Shown here: positions 20,317 to 31,031 of the stretch, one piece after another
How positions within the stretch are numbered: the stretch's first letter is position 1
Layout: each line of letters begins with the position of its first letter
DNA from: Pelagomonas calceolata
Lineage: Eukaryota
DNA length: 64,000 nucleotides
Direction of reading: 5' to 3'
Assembly: GCA_918797485.1 (NCBI GenBank)
Contig: CAKKNE010000001.1
Location: 6,076,001-6,140,000 of the forward strand
Notes under the pieces: generated by a model
What the model was told of the DNA's origin: nothing
The model's database searches: none
The model's input: only the letters and a program-made list of their open reading frames with translations
Translations under genes and position numbers: made by a program

Positions 20317-23300
20317 TTCCATCGCTGCCGTGAAGTACGACGGCTTCAGGCCTAAGGATACCTTCCTCCGTGTGTCACCCTGCTCGATCTTCAGCACCTT
20401 GGCCACGACCCGATCACCCTTGGCGAACCGCGATGACACATCTTTCACGAAGTCGTCGGCCAGCTCGGACTTGTGGGCCAATCCGCTGGGCGCGTCGGAC
20501 GGCGCGTCGTCAATACGCACGAACACGCCGTACGCCTCGACCCTCGTAATCGTGCCCTTCACCACATCATTCTCCTTCATGATCTTCGGGATTGACGACT
20601 CGCGCTTGATCGCCGACGGTCTTAACGATAACTCAACCTTCGGTGTGACTTGCGTGACCACCGGCGCGACCAACCGCCCGAGGGGAAACTCCCGCACCAC
20701 ATCCTTGACGTAGCCGTCGGCCAAATCTTTCAATAAAACCCTACCCACGACATTGCGCGCCAGCTCCACGAACACGCCGGCCTTCGCGTCGGCGCCGACG
20801 ACAAAGCCCGGCCGCACGCGCCCCACCTCCAGCGCCTCGTCCGGTTTTATATTGCGAGATGCGATGCGACTCGGCCTCAAGGAAATGCGGGCCGGCGGCC
20901 CCGCCTCCAATACAATACACAAACTCATCGACGAATCATTGGTACAGTCGGTCCACGCGTCTCTGTCACTAAACTCCGAAGCACTACAGAAAGCTTCTAA
21001 ACCGGTGGGCAGCACGTACCTTCGATCCATGGCCCCGCAGCGCGCGGCGCCCCGTCGCTTCTCTTCCGGTTTTCTGGACGGCACGCACGGGACTATATCT
21101 CCAGCCCTTATAGGTCTTATGTTGTCCTTATCTAAGCGGCACGTCGCGCCATTTTTAGTCTTCACCACCCTTAATCGTGTCGAGGCGGCGCACGCGTCCG
21201 TCGCACTCGTTATGGCCGCGTCCAGATCACTGTTCGATAGGAACGATTCCACAACGTCGGCGAAGGCCACCTTTGCTCTGACAGACGGCGCCGCACATAC
21301 AGTAACGAAGCCGAAGTCGTCCTTATTGGAAATGATGGACGCGCTGGTGACCGTAGAGCCCCACTCCGCCTTCCGCCCCACATGCGTCGTGCCGACGCCG
21401 ACGTCGACGCGCGTTACTTCCCCATCAATCGTCCTCTGCAGCAACACGCCGTCAAAGGCCGAGCCGCACCTTATCCCGTGAAACGGGTGCCGCTCCGGCA
21501 GGTCCGGCACGGCTATATCGGTAGACGCCTCGGGCGTTCTACATGAAGGTTTAGTGAGAGCATCAGAAACGTGCAACCGACATCTGACACGCCCCTCGCC
21601 GCCCCGTATAGTTAACAGTAGTGCCTCTCTGGTGGAACCGCGCGCCGCAACCCTACAAGTCAGGGCGTCGCCCGGGTCCAACGCACTGAGGTCGGTCTTC
21701 GGCAGCTTGCGTTTCCGCGCGACCTCGGCCTTGGCGTCGGTCGCGACGGAGCCGCGGCGGTGTCGCACCTGTTCGTTGCTTCTAGGGTCTTCTCGTGGTA
21801 AGGCTATGGCCAACCCGTAGAGCTCATCTGTTGCACATGATACCACTACAAGGTCCTCCTCGACTTGCGGTCGCATATCTTCATCTCTCCTGTGAAAGTC
21901 GCCCCGTTGCACGCATATCAATTGCCCTGTGCCTCTATCAATATATATGCCGACGCCCTTTATTGTAGGTTGAGAAAAAGCCTTGTCCAGCAAATCGCAT
22001 GCTTCGATGGACGCGCCCTCGGTCAGGACTTGCGAAGCTTTCGCTCGACGTTTGGTACGCCCCGGCCTCACGACGTCGGGCACCATGCTGCACAATGTTT
22101 GGTCTTTGCGGAAGCCCATGAGTCGAATCTTGACGACGTCGCCCTCGCTACACGTCAGCGAGTGTTTGAGAGGGGCTAAACCTCTACATTCGATACCGTT
22201 GATCTGGGAGAAGCGGACGCCGTCGTCATTCGAAGCGACGAGAGCGTCGTACGCAAAGCCCACGCGCAACGCATCGTTACCGGATAAGCTCCGCAGTACT
22301 GAACGTCCGAAGGCGCCGGTCTCGTCTCGAGGGACACCTCGCGTCCGCAGCACCACCCTATCACCTTCGATGGAATCGACGGCGCATCGTACAATGTCTC
22401 CGACTCTAAAACAGTCCTCCAGATCCCCAATATACCGATCCGCGACCAACGCCCGCGGGATCAATCCTCGCTCCTGCCCGCCGAAGGACACGAAGGCACC
22501 GTAGGGCTTGAGCTGCACTACAACTCCAGTTCGGATAGCATCCAGCTCCAACTTTCCCGTAGTAGCATTAATCATGGACGGCGCCGCGCTGATCTTGGCC
22601 GGCGCGCCGTCAGACGAACCTTCGAGCACCCGGCACTCGAACGATTCTCCAGTGGAAGCCAACCGTCTCAAAGTTGATTCCGCGTCGAGACCGTGGTCGC
22701 AGGCGTGCGCTACCGGTAGCTTCGCGAGGCATTCGCCCTTCGACGACGTCACGCGACACAGGCACGCGACCGCTTTTCTAGGTGCTCGTTTCGACGCTCC
22801 TTTGGCGCGCGCCTCGACCAACTCGACGGCGACGGCTTTTAACACAGAATCAACCTCCACTTTACAACCGTCCACGTCATCGAGTGTCAGCGCGATCCTG
22901 GGTTTTCTCGACGTGCCGTCCTGCCGCGTTTTGGGGGTTGTGACGCCCTTGACGCAACAGGTGACCACGGTACCCAGGGCAAAGGACTGGGACGGATCGA
23001 CAATACCTCGCGCTCGCAGCGACGCCGGGTCCACGCGACCCTGGACGTTCCCGAAGAACGTCACTACGAGACCTCGGGCCGCGTCGGCGCCCGTCACAAA
23101 GCCCGCAAAAGACTTGCCGCAGTTCTCCGAGGCGTCTTCATAAGTCGTGAGGACGCGCGCCGCTTTTACGAGTGATTTTTTGCTCGTGAGCTCGATGCGC
23201 CGCGCTTCGACGCGCAACACGCGGCACTTGATTTCGTCGCCCACCTTTCTGTGTTTGCGCGGATCAACGGAACCACCGGACTCGGTCACATGTAAATTCG

Positions 23301-24815
23301 TGATCTGGCCCGTCAATGTCTCTGATAATCTCACTTCGAGGCCCCAGGCCTGGGTCGAGAGGACCGTCGCACTTATGATCGTCCCGGGCTCGAGTTCATT
23401 TTTTGAGACCGGCACCGCGGGATTTAATGACGAGGGCGTCATCGACGCGAGGGCCCAGCCCTCCAGCGGCGCGACGCCCACGACGCGACAGTCTACGACA
23501 GTGGCTTCCAGGTCTTCTTCCGGCAAGCGCGACTTGTGCACGAAGATGCCCTGATCACCTTTGCGCAACACGAGACCTACCTTCGGGTCCTTGCGGACGA
23601 CGGAGCAGCCCTTCAGGAAGGCTCCCGGCGCCGGTAACGCCGCTCCTGTTAACTCTAGCAAGTGTTCAGCACAAGTCAGCCGCGCGACCTTCGCGGCCCG
23701 ATCAATCAACAACACGCGCGCATCTAGGAACTGGCCGACACTAAACTCGTCCAAATTCATAAACGCCTCGTCGTCCACTAAGGAACCCTGCCTTCCCAGG
23801 TGGTCCCGTTCGATGACGCCGGCTAGAGCGCCATCCGCGAACGTAACAACTAATCCAGTAGCGACGCGGCGGTGGACGCACGCTCGGACTCGTTGTCCTA
23901 CACATAGAGCGCGGAAGCTCCAGCCCGTTTTCTCGGGCGCGTTTTTTGCGGAGGCGACGTCCCGCGTCGTCAGCGCGCCTGCGTGGGGGTCGACGCTCTA
24001 CGACGGCTCCGAATGACGCCATCGCCGCGACTCTCTACACCACCGCGACTCTACACCACCGGCACGCCATCGCCGCGCCACGAAGTCGAAGACAGACACC
24101 GGCACGCGCAGACGCCCGAGTCCGGGTCGAGCCTGAGCACGCGGCACTCGACGGGCGCGCCCACCCTTATATCCTCCTGACAATGCTTGAAGGCCAGGAA
24201 GCCCGTCGCGCCGCCTACTCCTACATCTACCACATAACCTCTAGCTTCTCTCGATGCCACGAGCCCGAAGAGCGTCGTCACTCTAGAAGAAGCGATATCT
24301 TCCAGCCTTAATCCTTTCTGGACGCCCCTGGCATCAATCGCTAGCTCGACGCGCTTCGGGCCCTTCTTTGAGCCAGGGGCTGCCCCTGCTCTAGAAGTCG
24401 AAAGCACCGCGCACCTTACAACAGTATTCGGCGTGAGCTGTAGAGCTCCGGAGACATCCACATGACCCACCAGGTTCCCCGGTAATGAGACGAGGGCGTG
24501 CTTGGTTGACGTGGACCGCACGACGCCGAGCACGGTGGTCTCCGCATGATATGAAGCGAAGCGGACGGGTCTTAGTTTGGCGGGCTTGCCCCTTGCGGCT
24601 TTCACGATTGTTGTTGTTGTGAGGACGTCGAGCGGCGTCGACTGCTGCTGCTGCTCCGGCTCGGCTGCGGGCGCCTTGTCGACGCGCTTCGCGGGCTTGC
24701 GCGTCGCTAGTAAGTCCGCGTCGTTCTCCTTGCGCTTGCGCTTCTCTTTTTTCTCTTGCTTCGGGTCTTTCGGTTCATCGCTTAAGCCGCCGCGCGGGAA
24801 GGCGGCGGACGACAT
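19150..24815 (-). CDS. RRP5: rRNA biogenesis protein RRP5 (S1 repeats plus HAT/TPR); one intron from 23979 to about 24100
   Basis: N-terminal FPRGG, multiple S1 domains (YGAFVSF, YGVFVRI, SLGLKPSYF), acidic linker, C-terminal HAT (RGRTVFDKLLERFPRRADLW). In-frame donors are possible at 24097, 24103 or 24109. Confidence 0.93.
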
Positions 24816-25408
24816 TGTGCTGCAGTGTTGTGCTGCTCAGCAGCGATCGCGACGACTAGCGCCGAGCAGGCCTGCCGTTGCAGCAGTGCTTGGCGCTAGA
24901 ATGCCAGCGCTCAGTGGCCTGTGCAACCTCGTTTCTCGGTCAGAGACGGTGCTCTTTCATCGCCGCCCTTGTTGTCTCTCACAGGCAAGGCTTTACCAAC
25001 CTCGATCCATCCTTCCCTAGTGCTACTGCGGCGTTATGTACTGCAAGCGAGGCCCTCCTAACGAAAAAAAAAAATTGAAGACACTCTCCGTTAATTGAGA
25101 GCATTTCAGGTTGCCAACAGTATAATCGCGTCTGTGAGCCTGAGGGAAATAAGGTCTAGGCCCGCCGCGCGGTTTCGGCCCCCACTGACCGAGTCTCGCC
25201 ACAGCGACAACCCTTGCGGTGGGCGAAACGGCAGTAAAAATCGCCCCAGCAGCGCCGCGGCAGCGCTGCAGCGAAGATCGACCTTAACACGTGCGCTTCT
25301 GGCTGGAAAGCTAGTCGCCTGCCTCATCCCCCCTCCTAAAATCACCCCAGGGCGCAGCCCCAGCGACCACAGTTGAACCACAGCGACCAGCTGCCACCGC
25401 GGAAGACC

Positions 25409-25900
25409 ATGCACGCCTACCGCCGCCGGTCGTGCTCGACCAGCACGGGCGCCTGGTCCGACGACGACGAGCTCGTGAGCATCAATAGCGGCGGCGCCCT
25501 CGAGAAGTTCGAGTCGAGCTTCGTCTTCGAGGCCGAGGCCTCGACGCCCGGCGGCCTGCCGCTCCGCCGGAGCCCGCGGAAGCTCAAGCGGCCGGCGAAC
25601 CCCGTGGCGCGCGCGCTCCTGCGCGTCGACGACGACGACGACGACCGCAGCTTCGCGCCCATCGAGGACCCGGCCCCCGACGCGCTCACGAAGAAGCGCA
25701 AGTCCGCCGCGACGCCCGCGCGCAAGCCCAGCCGCCGCGTCAAGGAGAAGGCCGTGCCGCCGCCCGCGCCCTCGACGCTCTCGACGCAAGTCGCCGACCT
25801 GGCCATCGACGACGACCGCCCGCTGGCGCTCCGCCGGCCGCCGCGCCTCTCCGCGCTCCCGGCGCCGCCGTCGCCGAACGCGAACCCGCTCGGGGTCTAA
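25409..25900 (+). CDS. hypothetical low-complexity basic/Pro-rich protein
   Basis: ATG ORF with strongly GC3-biased codons. Confidence 0.6.
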   Translation: MHAYRRRSCSTSTGAWSDDDELVSINSGGALEKFESSFVFEAEASTPGGLPLRRSPRKLKRPANPVARALLRVDDDDDDRSFAPIEDPAPDALTKKRKSAATPARKPSRRVKEKAVPPPAPSTLSTQVADLAIDDDRPLALRRPPRLSALPAPPSPNANPLGV

Positions 25901-25906
25901 TTATCA

Positions 25907-26035
25907 TCTCTGTGAACTCGCGTCGACGGCGTGGCGGGGAGCGTTCGACGACCACGCTCGCGAGTCGCCGTGGCAGTCCATTTCATTCAGGAGATAAATT
26001 ACGCGTCGAGCGGACGATCATTAAATTCACAGAGA
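25907..26035. mobile_element. MITE-like relative of the Introner family in a convergent intergenic gap
   Basis: 10-bp inverted ends TCTCTGTGAA/TTCACAGAGA and core CGCGTCGACGGCGTGG; no clean TSD. Confidence 0.55.
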
Positions 26036-26038
26036 CAC

Positions 26039-26803
26039 CTAGAACGCCGCCGGGTCGAGCGCGCACGGCTCATCAGTTTTTTCAAGGACAAACACTGACC
26101 CTTTGTTACCGCGCCCGCAGCGCATCGTCGGCGACAGGTAGGTCGTCTCGAGCCACGCCTCGCCGCCCTCGCCGCGCAGGTCGGGCTTCACCGCGTTGAT
26201 GAGCGAAAAGACCCAACCCGCCGAGAAGAGCCGCTTGTCGCCCGACCCGAAGACCTCCAAATTGTCGAAGAGCACGTCGGCGCGCCGCCCGTTCGCGCCC
26301 CGCCGAAACCCGCCGGAGACGCGCACCGTACAGCCCCCAAACGCGTCGAAGCCGATCTCATTCGCTACCCTTGATCGCGCAACATCGAAGGCCTGGATCG
26401 GCAGCTTCTCCGACGTGTCAAGCACGAGGCCCGACGCGTTGACGGCGTTCGCGCGACCCATATTCTCAAGATCGTCGCCCGGCTTCCGGCCCGCGACGGT
26501 GGCGAGCAGGCGCCAGCGGCCGTCGAGGCGCGCCGCGTCCGTGTCGAGGAAGTCGTCGGCCACGCAGACGGCCTCGAGGTCGTCGACCGCTTTCAAGATC
26601 GCGGCCCGATCGCCGCTTGCGCAGGCCGTCTTCGCCGCGGCCTCGGTCCGGGCGTTCGCGCCGGGCATAAATAGTGCCTTTTCCTGGTAGAGGAAGGCCG
26701 AGTCGCGCTTCAGGAGCAGCTTCCGGACGCCGTCGAGCATGTTGAGGCCGCCGGCCGGCGCGGCGACGAGCAGGACTAGGAGAGCACCAAGCTGGCGCGT
26801 CAT
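26039..26803 (-). CDS. PAP/fibrillin family plastid lipid-associated protein
   Basis: Signal peptide, LDGRWRLL, WLETTYLSPTMRCGRGNKGSVFVL. Confidence 0.88.
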   Translation of the reverse strand: MTRQLGALLVLLVAAPAGGLNMLDGVRKLLLKRDSAFLYQEKALFMPGANARTEAAAKTACASGDRAAILKAVDDLEAVCVADDFLDTDAARLDGRWRLLATVAGRKPGDDLENMGRANAVNASGLVLDTSEKLPIQAFDVARSRVANEIGFDAFGGCTVRVSGGFRRGANGRRADVLFDNLEVFGSGDKRLFSAGWVFSLINAVKPDLRGEGGEAWLETTYLSPTMRCGRGNKGSVFVLEKTDEPCALDPAAF

Positions 26804-26933
26804 TTTGAGCGCTTATTTGTTGATTTGGTTGCACGAAATCGCTGTGCAGCAGCCAGAGGTATATAAATGAGCAATGCCACAATTTGCGCACAGCGGATAA
26901 CGGTGAAATGGCCAGTACAGCCGAGGATGCGGG

Positions 26934-26958
26934 GCTAGCGGCAGTAAGACACACTAGC
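26934..26958 (+). promoter_or_regulatory. upstream motif
   Basis: GCTAGCGGCAGTAAGACACACTAGC in a divergent gap, about 130 bp before ATG 27089. Confidence 0.7.
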
Positions 26959-27088
26959 AAGCGGTGGGCTCGAGGCGCAAAGCTGCCCCAAACGCCATCG
27001 ACGCGTGCGCTGGTCCGCATCGATGGACGAGAAGCTGCCCTGAGCCAATAGATGCCAATGCGAACACACATGAGGTGATCTGAATACT

Positions 27089-28332
27089 ATGCTGCTGCTG
27101 CTGGCACTGGCAGCGGTACGCGCCCACGCGAAGGTTGTTGACAACGCCGACTTCTGGACGCAATCGCTGGACTGCCCGAGGCCTCCGACTCGAACGGCCA
27201 CGTTCCTCACGCCCGACGGGTCTAACGCGGCCGACGTCCTTGGTAGCACGACGGGAGCGTTCCTAACAATCCTCCACGAGCATCTCGATCGCACGCCGTG
27301 CATCTTCGCGCGCCTCGCGAACACCGTCAAACCGTTCCGCTTCAAGCGGTTCGTGATCGTCGTCGATAGTGCCGAGAAGACCGCGGCCGGCACGGCGCGC
27401 GCGACGGAGCGTCTGGACGCCTTTGACGGAGCCTGGCTCAACACGACATGTGCCTTCGCGGACGAGGTGCGCGTCGCCGTGCTGGATCACGGTCCGACTC
27501 CGAATGCCCTAGCGCGTGCGACGCTGGCACGAGTCACGACAAACGTGACGGGGGTCTGGGGTCGCCGTGACGAACTCTACAAGAACGGGCTTCAGTACCT
27601 GGCGCTGGTCTCGGGCTGTGTGGAAATCAACCAGTGAGTTAGATTTGGGGCGCCCGAAATTTGATTTCCACACAGGTCTCGGGCGTCCTCCTGCCGCTGC
27701 GCTACGTCTTCAACGTCGACGAGGAACTGTCGCTGGGCTGGCTTGAGACCGGGTCTCCAAGGACGGTGGAGGCGCCGTTTTCGGCGTTCCTGGCGGCGGC
27801 TGTCCGAGACTTCGCGCGCTCGTCCTGGTTCGCGGGGTATTCAGTCCAAGAATGTGTGCGCGCCTGCGACGATTCCCGATGTAGCTTTGTGCCACATCAC
27901 GGCCGCTGGGTCTTCGAGGCCGCCTTATTCCACGTCGAGCGCTTGTCGAGTTTTCTTCAGAAGCGACCGCTCTCGCATGATGATCTTTTTATGCACCCGG
28001 AGGCGATGCTCAACCGCTGGTCGCACGCCCAGCACGGCGCCATGCTGAATGCCAAGTTGGGGGAAGTGTCTCGGGCTGTGTGGAAATCAACCAGTGAGTT
28101 AGGTTGGTCGCGTCGATGGCGTGGGGCGCCTGAAGTTTGATTCCCACACAGGTGTCGGGTTGCGCGGTCGCTGCGGGGAGAATGTAAAGTGGCCGTCCTC
28201 TCAGGGCGGCGCGGCCGATGCGTTCGGAAGGACGGGCGCCGCCTCGTGCTCCACTGGGAGACCAAGGGCGAGTACGCATGTGTGTTGGAGGCACCATACA
28301 ACGTGCCGCAGTGCCACCGGGGGGAATGTTAG
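27089..28332 (+). CDS. secreted protein, possibly GT-A fold glycosyltransferase-like; two Introner introns
   Basis: Exons 27089-27607, 27676-28067 and 28152-28332 join in frame (1092 nt). Signal peptide; FVIVVD and YVFNVDEE motifs. Confidence 0.7.
27616..27675. mobile_element. Introner (60 bp); intron is 27608-27675, GT-AG
   Basis: Perfect 15-bp TIR. Perfect TSD GTCTCGGG at 27608-27615 and 27676-27683. Confidence 0.95.
28076..28151. mobile_element. Introner (76 bp); intron is 28068-28151, GT-AG
   Basis: TIR CTGTGTGGAAATCAA/TTGATTCCCACACAG. TSD GTCTCGGG/GTGTCGGG. Core motif present. Confidence 0.92.
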
Positions 28333-28348
28333 TTTTTGTGTGCTAGTG

Positions 28349-28867
28349 TTACGAATACGCGCGTTCGAGCAGCGCGCGCGGCAGCGGTGTTTGGAGCACC
28401 GGGATCGCGACGAGCGACACCGCGTGGCAAAGGACCTTGAACGGTGGCAGGGCCCAAGGATGCCGGAGCAAGAGGTTTAACAGCGCGACTCGGTACGAGC
28501 CCAGGAACGAGAGCCCCGCGAAGTGAATGATCGCGTCGCCGTACTGATAAGAGAACATGTACGCGTTCCAGGGCCGTTGGGCGATCCGAGCCGTCTCGGG
28601 CGCGAAGCGCGTCGCCGTCGGGAGCATAGCGTTCGTACGTCTCGTACACGTGTCGACGTCTGGCTCGTCGCACATGTATTTGAGCAAGGCCGTCTGCTCA
28701 CCCTTGACGAAGCCGCCCTCGCCGTCGCGCCGGGGCCGCGCACCGCGCGCTACTACGTCGTCGAGCAGCTTCAGCGCGAACGCATCGTTGCGAAACAGCA
28801 TGATCCCGGCATTTAAGTTATACTGCCAGTCGCCCGAGAAGACCACGCTGTAGGAGTGGCGCGCCAT
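28349..28867 (-). CDS. GT34 (galactosyl/mannosyltransferase)-like C-terminal half; possibly truncated
   Basis: DWQYNLNAGIMLFRN, EQTAL, WNAY, GDAIIHFAG. The N-terminal DxD region is absent. Confidence 0.65.
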   Translation of the reverse strand: MARHSYSVVFSGDWQYNLNAGIMLFRNDAFALKLLDDVVARGARPRRDGEGGFVKGEQTALLKYMCDEPDVDTCTRRTNAMLPTATRFAPETARIAQRPWNAYMFSYQYGDAIIHFAGLSFLGSYRVALLNLLLRHPWALPPFKVLCHAVSLVAIPVLQTPLPRALLERAYS

Positions 28868-28950
28868 CGTTGCCTGACGAGTTTTGGGCTCAGTGCATGC
28901 GACTGGCCACGTACATTCGTGTTTTGGAGCGAGCGCTACGCAAGGGAAAG

Positions 28951-29806
28951 ATGGCGAGCGTTGCGGAGGACGGGTCCAACTATCGAGTCCTCGTGACTGG
29001 CTTCGGACCGTACGGAAACACCCAAATAAATCCGTCTCTGGCGGTCGTCAACGCGCTGAAGTCAAACCGAGACGGGAGCCGCGGCTACGAGGTAGTCGCG
29101 CGCCAGGTTTCGTGCGAGTTCAACAAATGCATCGAAGAGGCGGCCGCGTTCATCGACGAGCTCGCGCCTAACGCGGTTGTGATGCTCGGCGAATATCCAG
29201 GACGCGCGATGGTGACCGTCGAGCGTGTCGCGATCAATTATAATGATTCGACGCGCTATGGCGTCTGTGACGAAGCGGGATACGCGCCGCAGGGTACCAA
29301 AGTCGTCGAAGACGGCCCGGCCGCGTACCTGTCGACGCCTGTGTGGAAACCAAGTCTAGGCGCCCCACGCCATCGACGTGATGTTGTCCCCGTCCACACA
29401 GGTCAACGCTTCCCCTCCGCCGCATCGTGCGCGACCTGCGCGCCGCCGGAATTCCGGCCGACATCTCGGGCGACGCCGGGACGCTGATGTGCAACCACCT
29501 CATGTACGGCGTCCTGGACGCGTGCTCCGGCCGGGACATCGTCGCCGGGTGGGTCCACCTCCCGGCGCTGCCGGTTCGACTCGGCGTCCTCATTTTGGGG
29601 TCGCGTCGATGGCGTCGAGCTCCACGCCGCCGATGCGATGTGTTGGTCACACACAGGAAATGGCGGCAAAAGATGAGAACCTCGGGATGCCGTCGATGAC
29701 GGCGGAGCTCTCGACGCGAGCCGTCCTGAGCGTCGTCGCGTCCGTCGTCGAAGGCTCCAAGCAGGGCGACATCCCGGACGCCGTCAAGAGCCGGCTGTTA
29801 GTCTAA
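28951..29806 (+). CDS. pcp: pyroglutamyl peptidase I (peptidase C15); introns 29331-29401 and 29574-29656
   Basis: VLVTGFGPY..NPS, ERVAIN, DGPAAYLSTLP, DAGTLMCNHLMY, GWVHLP. Exons join to 702 nt. Confidence 0.92.
29339..29401. mobile_element. Introner (63 bp) in reverse orientation; intron is 29331-29401
   Basis: Ends CTGTGTGGA...TCCACACAG. TSD GTCGACGC/GTCAACGC. Its 5' part matches the reverse complement of the 3' part of the 28076 element. Confidence 0.9.
29574..29656 (+). other. GT-AG intron, degenerate Introner
   Basis: Core GTCGCGTCGATGGCGT; ends CACACAG; removal joins LPALP to EMAAK. Confidence 0.8.
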
Positions 29807-29831
29807 TACTCTTCTTAAAGCAAGGACTACC

Positions 29832-30569
29832 TCACGCCCCCGGCCACTTCATCATGACGTGCTGGCTGTCCACGAGGACGTACTCCTCGTCCTCGATGTC
29901 GCATTCCGTCACGTCGAGGTCCTGGAAGCGGACCGTGTCGCCGACGGCGCAGGGCTGCGGCGCGCGCGAGCCGTCGCGCAGGACCCTGCCGGGCCCGACC
30001 TGGACCACCTCGCCGACGACCGACGCCTTGTCCGCCGCCTCGAGGCCCAGGAACAAGCCCGACGTCGTCTGGCCCTTCTCCTCGCGGACCTTGATCAGGA
30101 TGTTGCCGCCGATCGGCCGCGCGTTCCCCGACGTCAGCTCGCCGTTCCAGCTCATCTGCACGTCCCGGTCCTTCAACAGCGTGTGGGACTCGCGCTGGTA
30201 CTTGACGTTCGCGCCCGCGTAGCGGCCCCACATGACGTTGTCGCCCGCCTTGCAGTCGATGGGTAGCACCGTGCCGCTCTCGGGGTGCAGCGCGCCCGGG
30301 CCGACCGTCTGGACGACGCCCGTCGGCGGCGGCTCCTTGGCTTTGTCGGAGATCATGATGCCGCCGCTCGTCTTCTCGGCCGTCTCGTCGACCTTGACCA
30401 GCAGGTAGTCGCTGAGCGGCTCGAGCGGCCCGCCGACGTCCTCGTTGTCGATGAGGTAGGCGTCGCGGAGCCGCGTCGTCACCCGCATTGGTCTGCTGTA
30501 GGTGAACGTCGCGGCGTGCCTCAAGAGGAGCGCTGCGGCGACGGCGCGTCGTCGTGCGTGCGGCGCCAT
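29832..30569 (-). CDS. CPN20: plastid co-chaperonin Cpn20/21 (tandem GroES domains)
   Basis: Two GroES repeats (PLSDYLLVK..KTSGGIMI; PIGGNILIK..TTSGLFL..GEVVQVGPG) and a bipartite presequence. Confidence 0.92.
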   Translation of the reverse strand: MAPHARRRAVAAALLLRHAATFTYSRPMRVTTRLRDAYLIDNEDVGGPLEPLSDYLLVKVDETAEKTSGGIMISDKAKEPPPTGVVQTVGPGALHPESGTVLPIDCKAGDNVMWGRYAGANVKYQRESHTLLKDRDVQMSWNGELTSGNARPIGGNILIKVREEKGQTTSGLFLGLEAADKASVVGEVVQVGPGRVLRDGSRAPQPCAVGDTVRFQDLDVTECDIEDEEYVLVDSQHVMMKWPGA

Positions 30570-30835
30570 GGCTCTGCTAGGGCTGCACTCTGTGTTGAGG
30601 TCGCTCTGTGACCAGTTTCGAGCTCGTGACGCTTCAGCTGCGTGTGCGAAGATGTTCTAATACAGTGATGCAGTCAGAGGGACCTCGTTGCAACCGTACA
30701 GCGTCCTGCAACCTTGGCAGTCGCTCTGCAGTCGAGCTATGCAAGCAGCCCTCGACCGCGCGGTTTTAGAAGCCTCGCGCGCCGGTACCCCTGAATCGCC
30801 ACGCGGCGAGATCTATCGGCAGTTTGGTACTGCGG

Positions 30836-30855
30836 GCTAGCGGTAAGACACTAGC
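30836..30855 (+). promoter_or_regulatory. upstream motif
   Basis: GCTAGCGGTAAGACACTAGC in the divergent CPN20/VPS60 gap. Confidence 0.7.
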
Positions 30856-31031
30856 CAGGCAAAAAAAAATCTCCGCAGACGCTCAGGACGCTCCTGTGCC
30901 GCACCGTTCGACGTGACACAACGTCAGAAATCTCGCAGGACAGCCCTGCTAAGGCCGAGACCAGGAATACGCAGCAGTTCCGCCCGCAATAGACTCCACA
31001 GGGCCACAAGCTCCAGCAGACCAGGAACAGT

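Noticed and set aside
20120..20320. (TCC)n/(TCG)n microsatellite
   Set aside because: It encodes the normal acidic linker of RRP5.
28342..28352. GCTAGTGTTAC as a copy of the upstream motif
   Set aside because: Only a half-site with a deletion, located in a convergent gap. Recorded as a possible counter-example and not counted.
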